Source: Toensbergia leucococca (Eukaryota). From it: DNA of 48,276 bases. A model generated the notes under the pieces. The model saw nothing but the letters and a program-made list of their open reading frames with translations, made no database searches and was not told the DNA's origin. The stretch is from positions 248,001-296,276 of the forward strand of contig JALDZS010000005.1 in the NCBI GenBank assembly GCA_022813965.1, written 5' to 3'. Below, one piece after another: positions 1 through 11,770 of the stretch. Position 1 is the first letter of the stretch. Each line of letters begins with the position of its first letter. A program made the translations under genes and the position numbers.

Positions 1-315
1 GAGCTCTTCCTCCTAAACAAGTTCGTTGCGGCCTTGACAATGGATGCTCGCCTCTCCTTGGTTGAGGCTGTAGAATAAGTACTACTTCGTCTTCTCTTCT
101 GAGCATCGGATTCTATTGGTACTTCGTCCTCCTTGACCTTTGCAGGCGGATCTGCTTCTTCATAAGCTTGCGCCCTTGACTTGCGAGGCGAGCGGGCAAG
201 CAGCTGCTAACTTACGCCAATTACCAGCTCCACCAATGCCATGGCTGATGTGGCTCTTCATAGAAGGCCGTTGTGGCCCCGTAGACGTCTGCGTAGACGT
301 CTGCGTAGGAGACAT
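1..315 (-). CDS. Small GxGGAGN-motif (Par32/DUF3602-like) protein, 3' end runs off the window
   Basis: ATG at 315; exon 315-216, intron 215-152 (GTAAGT...CAG), exon 151-1. Spliced product MSPTQTSTQTSTGPQRPSMKSHISHGIGGAGNWHPPAKVKEDEVPIESDAQKRRRSSTYSTASTKERRASIVKAATNLFRRKS, open to the window edge. Family call rests on the motif only. Confidence 0.6.
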
Positions 316-1540
316 TATAGAGTCCGTTGCTTGACAATGATGGCTACGTGGATTTCACAGCAAAGTCCTCGATTACCTGTTTCTGTATAGGTTTCAAGAG
401 TCGAGGTTCTGGATGCAATACACAACTTGTACGATAGGTATGTATCCGAAACCCTTAAACAAGACTAGTCGCACTCTAAGTTTTCAGTAACATCTCTCTT
501 TCTCAATTATCTGTATTGGATAACTGCAATCACCCAGACGTACGTACCATTCCCTGTGTCTGAGCTGATAAGCCTTTCCAAGCATATTGGATAGCCTAGA
601 ACAATGCATCAACGAACCCCGCAAATGGACACGGACTACCCCATATCGCATCAAAGCTTGAATTATTCGGCAACTTGCTCAGGCGTGGCAAGTCCTAGGT
701 AGGAACCATATCGCGATAGCTTTCCCGTTTTTGATAGGCTTTCTGCTTTCGTCAGCAGCCAGTATACAGCCGCTTGCAATGGTCGTGTGACAATGACTGT
801 GCGCGTCTCATTACAAAGCCATTTTCGGTACACCACGATTGTTCTCGGCCCCAAATATGATCATGGACTGGTATCTGTGTGTTTTAATAGGATGACTTTC
901 TAAAGCTCCCCAGATTGCAATGCTTTTGATCATGCATAGGAGCTTTAGTTCCGCCAATTTCATCAGTGGTGGTCCTCAACCTTGTTGTGAATGATGAAGC
1001 GGTAGGGAAGAAGCTCGAATATACACAGACTTTACTCATGAGTATGTTAGCCTGACTGATGAAGAATTTCATCAATATTCTGGCGAAAAAGAGCGAGTTT
1101 CGCTTTTCTCTCACGAACTCCTGGCCTGTCAAAGACGCCGTGAGCTGGGCAAGCTCCAGGGTATTAGAATGAGTCCTTCTCTACTGGCATAAGCAGGATT
1201 GTCAGGAGGCTTGGTCATCAGGAACACAGTCATTCCTATGCGGTTCCATGCCGCAAGGAATTTGACCTGGTCCATGAGCATGCCTTACTTTTCCTTACGA
1301 GTTGCAAGAAAACAGCAGTGTTGAGAGATTGCTATCTCTTGACGTAGTCTCCAAGTCTATATTAAGCTATCCAATCTACTAATTCTACCTTTGCGCCCTG
1401 GTCTGCATCTTCTATGTTCTATACGTTAATATGCATTTCTTGTTGCTCTTAGAAAGCACCAATCCAGTCTCTGCTATCTTTCTTCTGTCATTGGTAGGTT
1501 AAAGAAGCTTCATCAACAATTCTTGAAACATTCAATTTTG

Positions 1541-2463
1541 TCACACCTTGCTCTGGATCTGGTATCCACTGTCTTCCCACGCTTTGTGAGTCGTTCCCAT
1601 TAGCTCTTTTTGCTCGGTTCTTGTCAGCGGCTTCTCGGTGCCTCTTCTCAATTGTCTTGATTTGGCTGTCTCAGCCATTGAGGCGTTGGAATCGGTTTCT
1701 TCCGCGAATTGATAAGAGCGGAACTCGACATTAGCCCAGCCAGTGCCTACAGACTGCCATCAGCGCCGAATACTCCACCAAGGGTTGCTAGGGTTAGGGT
1801 TGCTGACCCCAGAACTTTCCACTGTCCGTCCAGTCCTCAGTAAAGTAGTGCAAGAACCCACCATGCGTCACAACAACAATCTCTTTCTCTGGCCTAGCTT
1901 TCAGCCATTGTCTCGCTTCTCTAGCTCTATTCTCGATTGCTTCAGCATCCGGTGCCCATTTCCCCTTCTTGTCGTTCCACCCATCGTGAACCAGGCTTAG
2001 ATTCACGGGCTTCGCTTGCATTTCTTTCCTCAGTGTATCCACATCGCTACCAGTATCGCAGGGCAGATCGCTTGTTTCTTGAAGCTCGGGCAGAGCAATC
2101 ACCTGCACGCCGCGGTCGACCTCTGGCTGGAAGCCTAGGAGCGCGGTGTAGATGGTTCGACGCAGGGGAGAGGCGACGAGGAGGTCGACAGATTTGTGAT
2201 GGGGAAAATCCTTGACAAGATGTTGACATTGCTCTTCGCCGTAGGGTGTCAATGAGGGGTCGGGTAGGGTGTGGTTCGCTTCGCTGAGGTTATGGTATCC
2301 CTACGTTGTTCCGTAATGAATTTATACCTGACTCGAGAAATAAAAAGCTCGGAAGAGCCATACCTGCGCATGTCGGACGCAATGGATTATAGGAGCCACT
2401 GTTTTTCGGTGCAGATTAGCTACGACTGACATTCCTGCAGATGGGAGATTGACCAAGCTTACT
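1541..2463 (-). CDS. Histidine phosphatase / phosphoglycerate mutase-like protein
   Basis: Exons 2463, 2398-2364, 2300-1808, 1746-1541. Motifs IHCVRHAQGYHN (RHx catalytic His), VASPLRRTIYT, LQETSDLPCDTGS, VVTHGGFLH, GWANVEFRSY; ends QIQSKV*. Confidence 0.92.
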
Positions 2464-3133
2464 GCCTCTGTCGAAAGAACTCTAGGTTACTGTGGAGGAA
2501 GACTCGGGAAAGATAAGGTATGGAGTAACGAGCACGATTAGCAATGCTGCAAGGGTTCTTAAGGCGTGGGTTACGATGACTTTTGAGAAACAAAAAGTGT
2601 TTTTATTTCTCATGCATTCCCGTTCACCACCACGTTCACATGGAACCCACGTCATTTGGCCCCAAGCTTTTGGGTTTGACCCTTATTTTTTTTTTTCTGC
2701 CGGAGGCGGTGAATGAATGCGCCCTTATTCTATCGATTGTCCGGAAATAGACTCGGCTTACCTACCTTCCCGAAATGGGGCTCTATCAAAACGTCCCGTT
2801 CACAATGCCCTTCGATTTTGGTAAAGAAAATTTCGAAAATCGGACAGTTTGATCATGGAGTGCATGTAGAGCTAACCTTCTCATAGATAACCTGCCGACC
2901 TGTGTATTGATTCATCAATCTTTGAAAAGTTGACTTTCTAATATTCTGGCACCCCCATTTCAGTATCCCGACAATCTCAATTTGACATTCCAACATCCTT
3001 CCCTCATAGATCAACCCGATCAAGCGACGTTGACGTCCGGGCATAACATCATGGGAGAATGACCATTTCGCGTCTTACGCATCTACATTACTCGCCCTCA
3101 CCCTTCATCCGCATCACCATCGCTGTCACTCAC

Positions 3134-4250
3134 TCAGCGGTAGTAGGAATAAAAAGGAGGGTGTCGCAACTCCAGTGAATGCATAGCGAACTGTTCACAT
3201 TTCTTTTCGCCCCCCAAAAGAAGAGAGAAAGAAGAAATATAGCTTTCTCGAATAATGCAAAAGTTCCACCACGAACCTCGCCCACCGCCATATACTGGTG
3301 AGCCTGTCCCACTATCCTCCAGCTTGAACACTTTGTCCACATAGACCCTCTTGCCCATATCCACCCATCTCGACATTCCTCACGACATATTCCCAGACTC
3401 TCGGAACCCCTTCTCGATTCCCCCATCATCCGCGCTCGTGGCAGAAAAAAGCACATTTTGCGGGTCGATGGGATGGGATAGAGGAAGGGCATGAATTTTG
3501 TTCGTTGCCCAGCCCCCGTCACCACAGCGGTACGCAGGCATCATCAGAGTCTTGAGCGCGAACGAGGGCAGCGCATCCGGGACCCAAGAGCTCGAGAACA
3601 CAGTCGACGCCCTTGAGGGCAGACCTGCCGCTTTGACTCAAAGTAAAGTAGCCATTCTGGTCCAAGAAGATCGACAGCTCGGGATAAGTGTGGTCAATGG
3701 TGAATGATTTCCAGGGAGGATGGGCACCAGGAGAGGCGAGTACGGCAGCGATCATAGATCCATTGGGTTCACTGGCCCAGGAAGGCATGATTAGGTTGAC
3801 TCTATGCGGTATTCAACGCCTTTGCAAGAGTAATCCAAGCGGTTTCGGGATCTTGAAGGGTGTGATTCGAACCGGCAATTGGGAAAGGTTTGGTTCAACG
3901 AAACATTAGTGTCGCTGTGAAAAGATTGTTGACTGAATATCCAAAGCGATGCTTTCCATCTTCTATGTAAGGGTGATATCGCAAGACCCGGAAGCTGAAA
4001 ATAACGTCCTATATCGTCGAGGGCGATGCCAAGGCCAATGGCAAATCCGGGGACCGAGGATACTTTAATGTCCGAAGGCGTGCATGATCGCGATGCTTAG
4101 TACGAGTAGCAAGAGCGAAGAACGGTCGAGATACAGCTGTCAAGGGAAAAAGAAAAGCACTGTCAGAAAGGCAATCGAGGAAAGCGGAGGAAGGGAAGAT
4201 ACCTAGCCTCGTGGCCAACCCGACCAGGCAATCGTGATGTCTGGGTAATG
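3134..4250 (-). pseudogene. Possible decayed protein-coding gene (fragmented ORFs, weak F-box-like start)
   Basis: Series of protein-like minus-strand fragments (4009-4386, 3519-3788, 3380-3601, 3134-3376) broken by stops and frame changes; the last two share a frame separated by one TGA. No recognisable family motif. Confidence 0.25.
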
Positions 4251-4407
4251 AATGCTGTTGATATGGGTGGGGTCCGATAGTCGCGTGTGGCGTTTTCCAA
4301 TAAACGAATTGATGGGGAATATATGGATGGTAGTTCGTATAGAGTCGTATATACCTGACAGCGCGACTTTCATCTCCATCCCCCACCCTGGCTCAATAAC
4401 AACCATC

Positions 4408-5577
4408 TCAGAATCTCAGCACCCCACCCAACCAGATTCCTACCTCCTCCCACTCCTCCTCCCCTACCTCCTCCCTCATCATCAAATTCACCCTCCCCTC
4501 TTCTCCCCCTCCCGCGCCAAAATCCCCATAGCCGCCTCCTCCCCCATAAACCCCTACACTCCTCCCCAACAACTCCGCAAATTCCTCCCCCTGCCCTCTC
4601 AGTACGCTCTCCCTTACAACCTCAACGCGCATGCTCGGCAGACGCAGCCCCGAGTTCAGCGGGGGGTGGCGGCGGTGTGAGCGGCGTTTTTTGGTGGGGA
4701 TTGAAGGGGATGGGTCTGAGGATGGCGAGGGCGGCGGTGGAATTTCGGTGCTTGGGGTGCGGAAGAAGAGGAGGGGGCTGGCGAAAGGGTCGAAGTAGGC
4801 GGATGGGGTGAGGAAGAGGGTTTTGCGGAGGGAGAGGAGGGAGTGGGCGTTTGGGGAGAGACTCGTGAGACTAGGAAGTGAAGCATGCTCGGGCTTTGAG
4901 GGTGGGACGCCGGCGAGGTGTATAGTGGTAGCGGGACCGAGGTCTTCCAAGGCCGTCCAGTCTGTGATTGGGTTGATGACAGCTGCGGCGCTGACGCCGG
5001 CTTTGTGGGCGTGACATTCCGTCAACGCGAGCATACTTGCGAGACTACCTCCGATGAGCTCACCGCAGACACCAATTTTGGCGGGTGAAAGATGCGACGT
5101 GGTTCTGCTGTGGGCGAGGTGCTTGATTATCCAGTCGTAGCCGGCAAGGACGTCGTGGATGGGGGTTGGGTAGGGATGATGGGGCGACAGGCGATAGTTT
5201 AGGTATACGATGGTGGCGTTGGCGCTGAGGGATAGGGTGTAGAGACGGTTGCTTTGTATTTGTGGGGTGAGGGGGAGAGGACCACGGGGGAGGTAGATGA
5301 TTATTGGGGTTTGGGGTGAAGGGCTCGGGGGATGCTGAATGCTGGGAAGGCAATTTAGAGAAAGGTGTCATTGAGGATTTTGATATTATGGTAAATACCT
5401 TAGAGATATGTGACCACTTGAGCCGACCTTCAGGTTTACTTCATCGAGTTTGGGGGCGACGATGGTGGAGTACGGATAGTGTGGCCATATTCTGGGCTTG
5501 GTGAGCTGCTTCCCCTCGAAGTGTGCTAGCCTGGCTCCCGGAGTCCATCGAGATAGGGAAAGATATACTCCTCGCAT
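4408..5577 (-). CDS. Alpha/beta hydrolase fold protein (Abhydrolase_3/HSL-like) with degenerate catalytic motifs
   Basis: Exons 5577-5399 and 5341-4408 (intron GTATTT...CAG). LNYRLSPHHPYPTPIHDVLAGYDW, IGVCGELIGGSLASMLALTEC and NPITDW match the HSL-like layout. Start codon is a best guess. Confidence 0.85.
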
Positions 5578-6056
5578 CCCCTCATTGTGCAACTGCGAGT
5601 TTGCTTTGATAGGGAGCGAATATGCGGAGAAATCTTCATCGATTACTATTTTGCGCTTCTTGAGTCAGCATTCGGACTAGCGTGACCTCAGAATAGAATA
5701 GGGGGTCCGTGGAGCAAAACAGAGAGCGCATGCTTCACACCAGCAACATTGCTTTGAAGCAATATTATTGTTCAAGTAATGAGATGAGACCTCAATTAAG
5801 TCAAAAGGCATGTCTTGATTCATCAAGAAGAGTATAAGGCTTAGAGTAATCACGGTTTTTTTAGTACCCTATCCTTGGTCAAAGAGACTATCAGAGATGT
5901 GGAAATGTGAGTGGAATTGAAGTATCTTGTACAAATATCTATATTAAATTTCACAAATCACCATCTTATTTTTGTACCTAGTCCTTCCTCATCCAATTTC
6001 GACCCTGCGTAAGCATTCTTGATTTGCATCGTTTTCAACCCACCAGACACAGTCCC

Positions 6057-8984
6057 CTATGTCACCATGCTTCCTACCGCGGACCCATCATTCCCCACGC
6101 CTGCAACAACTCCATGCCCACTAGCTCCCTTACTCTTATCATCCAGATCCAACGGTGTTTCACCTTCCATTCCCTCCCTCTTCGGCCTCACAATCGTAAC
6201 GCACGCACCCGGATCCTTGCTGTACACCCTCAACCCTACAACGCAGACCGCATTCCAAGGATCATTCTCGAATTCGGCATCCTCGTCTTCGGATTCCTCC
6301 TCACTGTCGTCGGCGCTTCTACGGCGAGAGATTGTAGAGGGAGCAGGGATGTGTTCGTCTTCCGAAACGGGAAGATCGAGGTCAACGTCAAATTCCGAGT
6401 CGAATTCCGATTCCGAGTCGGATTCGTCCGGGGCGACGACCGAGGCTGTGGTATCGACTTCAGTGGCATTAGGAGCGACATTTTCCTCCACGTTCGTGGA
6501 ACCTTCTGGGACCGAGGTACCGTTAACTTTGATCTGCGGCACAACGTCGATGTCTTTGCTGAACTGCTCTGTCATCTCCTGGACGGCGACGTTTGGTTGT
6601 GGTGCGCCAGCTGTTGCTTGCTCTTCACTCTCCACACCGCTTTGCTGGTCGCGGCCATTCGCTGCGGATTCAACAGTGTCAGGGGCAACGTCGTCTTCAG
6701 CGGCAGACCCGTTGACTGGTTCAGGGACATCAGCCGTTTTACGAGCCTCGGCTTTCCTGATAGCACGCTCCTCCTTCTTCTTTGCAAGCCGCTTATCTCT
6801 AGCCCTTCGTTTCTTGTTCAATTGCCATTCCTTGCGTCTGTGCTCGACAATCTGCTTGCCGAGCTCCTCCCTCTCGGCCTGCCTTTTCTTCTCTTCAAAG
6901 TCCTTGATCTCTTGCTTCTCCAACTCTGTCTCTTTGAATTGGCCTTTCGCATGAGCAAGATCATACGCCAGTCCTATCTGAATAAGCTTCTCTTGCCTAT
7001 CTCTGCAGCTGTTCCTTATGATTTGTTCGGGAGTGGGCTTGGTAGACATTCTTGTTGCAGTGACCTTCATCAGCACCGAATATGTACCGGCTTTCAAGTC
7101 CAGATCCGTGCTGACAGATCGGTTCATCAGATAATTGCCGTGACTACGGACAATGTAGTCTTCCTCCCCGTCCTTTTCGAGTCTAAAGTGCAATGAAAAA
7201 TCGTATTGCCCTTCCAAGCCTCGGTAGTAGCGATCATCCAGCTAAAATTGTCAGCACCATGTTCTTTGCACTACAAATATCTTACTCACTTGAGATAACA
7301 TGATGACTACGGGGCTTTCTTGGGTAAGGGTGACGCTGAATTTGGTGTTGTGATAATCTGCTGACCAAGGTACATCTAGTGTAGTCCATTGCTGCGTAAT
7401 ATTCCACTCCGGACCGAAAAGCCGTGTTCGATCAAAGCTCTGATATTTACGTAACAGATCATCGTAAGAGATCCAAAATATCTAGCACAGTCAAAGTTTA
7501 GAAAAAAAGAAGGTTTCAAGATATTCAAGACTCAAGACTCACTCCGTCGTTGCCAAATCGATGGTTCAAGGCCTCCATCCACTCAGGGGTCCATTCTGCG
7601 GATCCATCGCTCCAGGCGCCTTGCCACTCTGTTCTGCCCCATGGATTCCTAGGAAGCTGTTATCATAATGCCCCAAGTTTGGACTGTGGGATACTTCTTA
7701 CCTCACTAGTAAAAGTCTCTTGCCCTTTACTTCTCTAGCCTCCATGATAGAGTAGGCATGCATTGGGAAGATGCCGTTCCGGTCGGTCCAGTCTCCTGCT
7801 CCCTGCCAATCATCAAAGGTACCGGTAGCGCAGCCAAAAAGGAACTCTTCATTGACCTTCAGGATTTCTTCGGTCCAGAATTTATCTGCGTCAAGGATGT
7901 CTGTAGTATAGAGCTCGGTGGTAACGCCGCCAGTTAGGTCTTCGATAGCCTCACTTTGAAGATTAGCACCATCTTGTAACAAACTTTGCATGCTACAAAC
8001 CCAGTGAAACCGCCTTGAATTGCATTATAGTCCCCGTGGGCCTTGGCAAATGCCTTTTCAAGTAAAGGAAGCCAAGTCTCGTTTTCATTGCTGCACTGGG
8101 CGAAATAGAGCGCCCGCGAGCCTGTCTGATATGCTTTACGGTACTCCTCTTCAGCATCTTGTCGGCTAACCTGCTCCCAACTGCGTTTTTCATCTTTACT
8201 CTCATCGTAATCAGAGGAGCTGAGATAGAGTTTATCGTCAATGATGGTCTGGATCCATTCTCCGTCTACCCAAATTAGTATCACTTAGAATTGATATTGT
8301 AAGGCATTATGCCTTACCCCGATGAAACACGAATCCGTACACGCCAACTTTCTCGTCTCGTGCGACACAAACCCTGTCGATCAAGTCCTTCTTGTTGCTT
8401 AGAGCGCAGAGAGCGGCCATGAACCAGCAATCACCATCATTGCCTTGACGGACATCGCTTGCCGTGATACCCTCATGATAGAATTGGGGCTTCTCGAAGA
8501 TGAACTAGGGTAATTAGCAACAACGTCAGGCCTGGATAGGAAATGGTCTTTCGAGTCAGGAACATACTGAAACGCGCTTAACAGACTTGGGGGCCAGGTT
8601 GTCGCCGCTGCCGGCCAAGCCATCTAGGCAGTCTCGTTTGCTCCATTTGAGATCGAATTCAATGTCGAAATGCGGATCTCTGTATTTCATATTCACCCTT
8701 CGACACTCGGTGGCAATTTTCTCGACAGCAGCATGACATTCTGCAGCTGCCTGCTCGTATGATTTGCCGGCGGAAATGCCATGAACAACGCCTTGGGGGG
8801 AATTTAGGGCTTTTGTTACGGCGTAGACGTTTTTAGGAAGAATGGAATGGATTTTGCCGGGAAATTTGGTCGTAAACTTCTCCCAGAACTCATCAACATT
8901 TTGCTGGGGAACTTGTTTCTTGACCTTTTTGCGACGGTCTGGATTGGAGCGTTGCGAAGCAGCCTGAGATCGGTATTCGCTCAT
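6057..8984 (-). CDS. Calpain-like cysteine protease (CysPc domain) with long charged/acidic C-terminal region; multi-exon
   Basis: DVRQGNDGDCWFMAAL (catalytic Cys, ~8430), WLPLLEKAFAKAHGDY, EDLTGG, HAYSIM (His), NPWG (Asn, ~7645); ORF fragments 8556-8984, 7934-8284, 7698-7991 and 6057-7217 are joined by short introns. Confidence 0.93.
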
Positions 8985-10050
8985 TGTGAAAGAGATAGAA
9001 GATAAGGTGTAAAGCTCCAGGCAACTTGTGTCCAGATAAACAGATAAGCAGCAGAAAAGAAGGAATTATAAACGAAATCAAAATGTCATCAAGATGGGGA
9101 TAGTAAGCATCTTAAAGTTTTGCAGAGCTGAAAGCTGAAGCTCCGCGCTGCCTCCCCTCCACCACTTTCCCCCACGACTGCATCATGCATGGGGGCTGAA
9201 GAATTAATGCGGCTCAAAATTGACTAACGTGGAAGCCACCAGGGCTGGTTGGCCCAGTTCCTTGGAAGATATTCTAGGTAGCCGGGATGACCGGCAGAAC
9301 GAGCGTTTCATCCTTCGCCGACGTGAGCCACGCCGCAAGGCTGGACGAACCATCTACCATGGAGTCATGATGAAAATATCTGTGGCGAACTGGATCATGT
9401 CACGTATTCTACATAGCTAATGTCTACGGATAGGGGGGAGGAGGAGGTATCATGTCTCCTTGTTTACTATTTGTAACATAAGGTACAATTGTATGAGAAT
9501 GATAGAATAACATGCGCCGCGAGTACCTTACCGAGCTTCCTACCGATTGACAGCGACAGGAGACAGGATCAACCCCCGAACCCGACTGCTGGGATCGGGC
9601 TAACCATTAGTTTAGCGCTTACTCCTTCCCTGGGCCGGAAGGAAATAAGGATATCCGTCAGCACCGCCATTTCAGGGGTAGAATACAGTAAGTACAGAGT
9701 ACGTTATGCCTCTTCCTGAATATCATGCTTGTACTTAAACTGCCGTTGGTACCGTCATGCTTGCCACAGCCAATCTCGTAGTCATGCTGTTTTTGAACAA
9801 CTACCAAGCTTTTCAGCCATATCCTAAGCTGAACTCCTCGCAAAGCCAATTGCCCATTCCTATCCCAGCCATGCCGTAAAATGCATAAAGAGAACGCGCA
9901 CGTGATATCGTGCCGCTTAACGAGATATCGCATCCAACCTCATCAAGCCCAATATGCCAAGCATCGACATTGCCGCAGAGCAAACGAGCAGAAAGAGACC
10001 GAGAAAGAAACGCAGAGCGACAGGTGTGCAAATCCCGACTAATTGTCTCT

Positions 10051-11308
10051 TCAGTGAAACCCATTTGACTTCCCTCTGCCTGAATAAGCGCTACTGCCAG
10101 CTTCAAAATACGGGTGTACACATGCTTGTTTGGCGGAGATGCGCCCTGCCGGGTCATAAACGAGCATGGCGTCCAGAAGATCAAGTCCATTCTCTTCCAG
10201 CCCAGACACCAGCGCTCGCGTTGTATCACGGGACCATTTAGGAAAAGAGGGTTTGAAGTCTGGGAATGAAGTGACCCCAGGCCATGCATGGTCGTCTGGA
10301 GTACCGAGTAATCTAATTTCAAGTCAGCCTGTATTCGTGTGCTGGCATGACATTGCATTTGGATCATCTTGGGTTCGATTTCTGGCGGCGCTGGTACAAT
10401 AATGTAGTGGTTTGGTGCTCCTTTGTGTATTGCCATATCATTGTGAATTGAAGACCCACCGGAAAATCTTGAAGATCTCATCAATCTCCGAGTCACCAGG
10501 GAAAAGCGGCTTGCGTGTACACATTTCCGCAAAGATACAGCCAATAGACCACATATCCACGCCAGTCGAATATTGTCGTCCGCCGAGAAGAATCTCCGGG
10601 GCTCGATACCACAAAGTGACCACCTATTCCAAACTTCATTTAGCTTTCCACTTGCTCGAAACATTTCGACACATCCCTTACCTCATGTGTGTAAGTTCGT
10701 AGCGGTACGCCGAATGCTCGAGCGAGACCAAAGTCAGCCAGCTTTAGATTGCCGTCTCGATCGATCAATAAATTTTGAGGCTTTAAGTCTCGGTGTAAAA
10801 CTCGATGGCTGTGGCAGTACCGCACTCCTTCCACTAGCTGACTCATGAACTTCTTGACCATGGCATCACCAAGACCCAGCCTCCCAAGATCTGGTCCTGA
10901 GCCTTCTGGCAAAGCTTTCCCCCTACCACCATCACTCACCGGAAGAGCCTCCATATATTTCTTCAAGTCCAGGTCCAAGAACTCGAACACTAGGTAGAGT
11001 TTATGGCCATCAGCATGAACGATGTTGAGGAGGCGAACAATGTTAGGATCATTCATCTCCTTGAGCAGGGATATCTCGCGGATCGCCGTGCTCGGTACTC
11101 CTTCATCTTCGGCTTCAAGACGGATTTTCTTCAATGCCACAATACGTGTAGGATGTGTCAAATCGCGAGCTTTGTAGACAACACCATAGGTGCCTGTTCA
11201 AATAGCCGTCAGTCATTTTCAACGTGGCGGCCTGGTGCATTCGGGGAAGGAAACCAAGGGGGTCTGATCACCTTCTCCAATCTTCTCAATTTTCTGGTAA
11301 TTCTCCAT
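10051..11308 (-). CDS. cdc28: Cyclin-dependent kinase 1 (Cdc28/Cdc2/NimX)
   Basis: [71 protein letters not shown]; 4 exons; last exon LLGTPDD...HPYF...NGFH* with stop at 10051-10053. Confidence 0.98.
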
Positions 11309-11601
11309 TGTATATGTATGGTCCAATTTTAACAAAGACTGGTGAGAACTTCTGGTGCAGCAGGTGGGACACAATCGATTTAGGTACTGGGTGCTGAGCT
11401 GAACTGCCAATGTTTACCTTTCAATGGTCAAGTCGAGTGAAGCTTTATGGAGGGGTAGAGAATCAGAGTAGCTGTTCCACTCAGTTGTACTTAGTTGGTG
11501 ACGTGCCTGAGTAGCGAAGGGCCAGAGGAGTGTTGAACGTTGGTCGACAGTGGGAGATGAACAAGACATGGCAAGTTGCACTTTGTATCATACCGAGTAA
11601 G

Positions 11602-11708
11602 GTAAACACATGGGTGGATTCACCATTCAAGGATACGCGCGACGCTAGCGGCACAAGTCAGCACGTCAAGAACAGGGGTCCAGGGAGAAGAGAGTCTCTA
11701 TCGCGAAA
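11602..11708. promoter_or_regulatory. Candidate cell-cycle elements in the divergent CDK1/AlkB promoter
   Basis: GTAAACA (forkhead-like) at 11602-11608, ACGCG core (MCB-like) at 11635-11639, CGCGAAA (SCB-like) at 11702-11708. Short motifs; function inferred from yeast consensus sequences. Confidence 0.4.
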
Positions 11709-11770
11709 TAGGTGATACATATCCGTACTCTGTGTACAATCCTCTAACACTTCTTTCATGACACTTCCAA

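Noticed and set aside
663..1330. Short ORFs and a protein-like + frame at ~1005-1190
   Set aside because: No start codon, splice structure or motif I could support.
6019..7196. Long + strand ORFs (311 aa and 390 aa)
   Set aside because: Antisense shadows of the charged calpain last exon; non-ATG starts and no recognisable motifs.
9813..10664. 283-aa minus-strand ORF overlapping CDK1
   Set aside because: Alternative frame running through CDK1 introns, exons and 3' UTR with no protein-like features.
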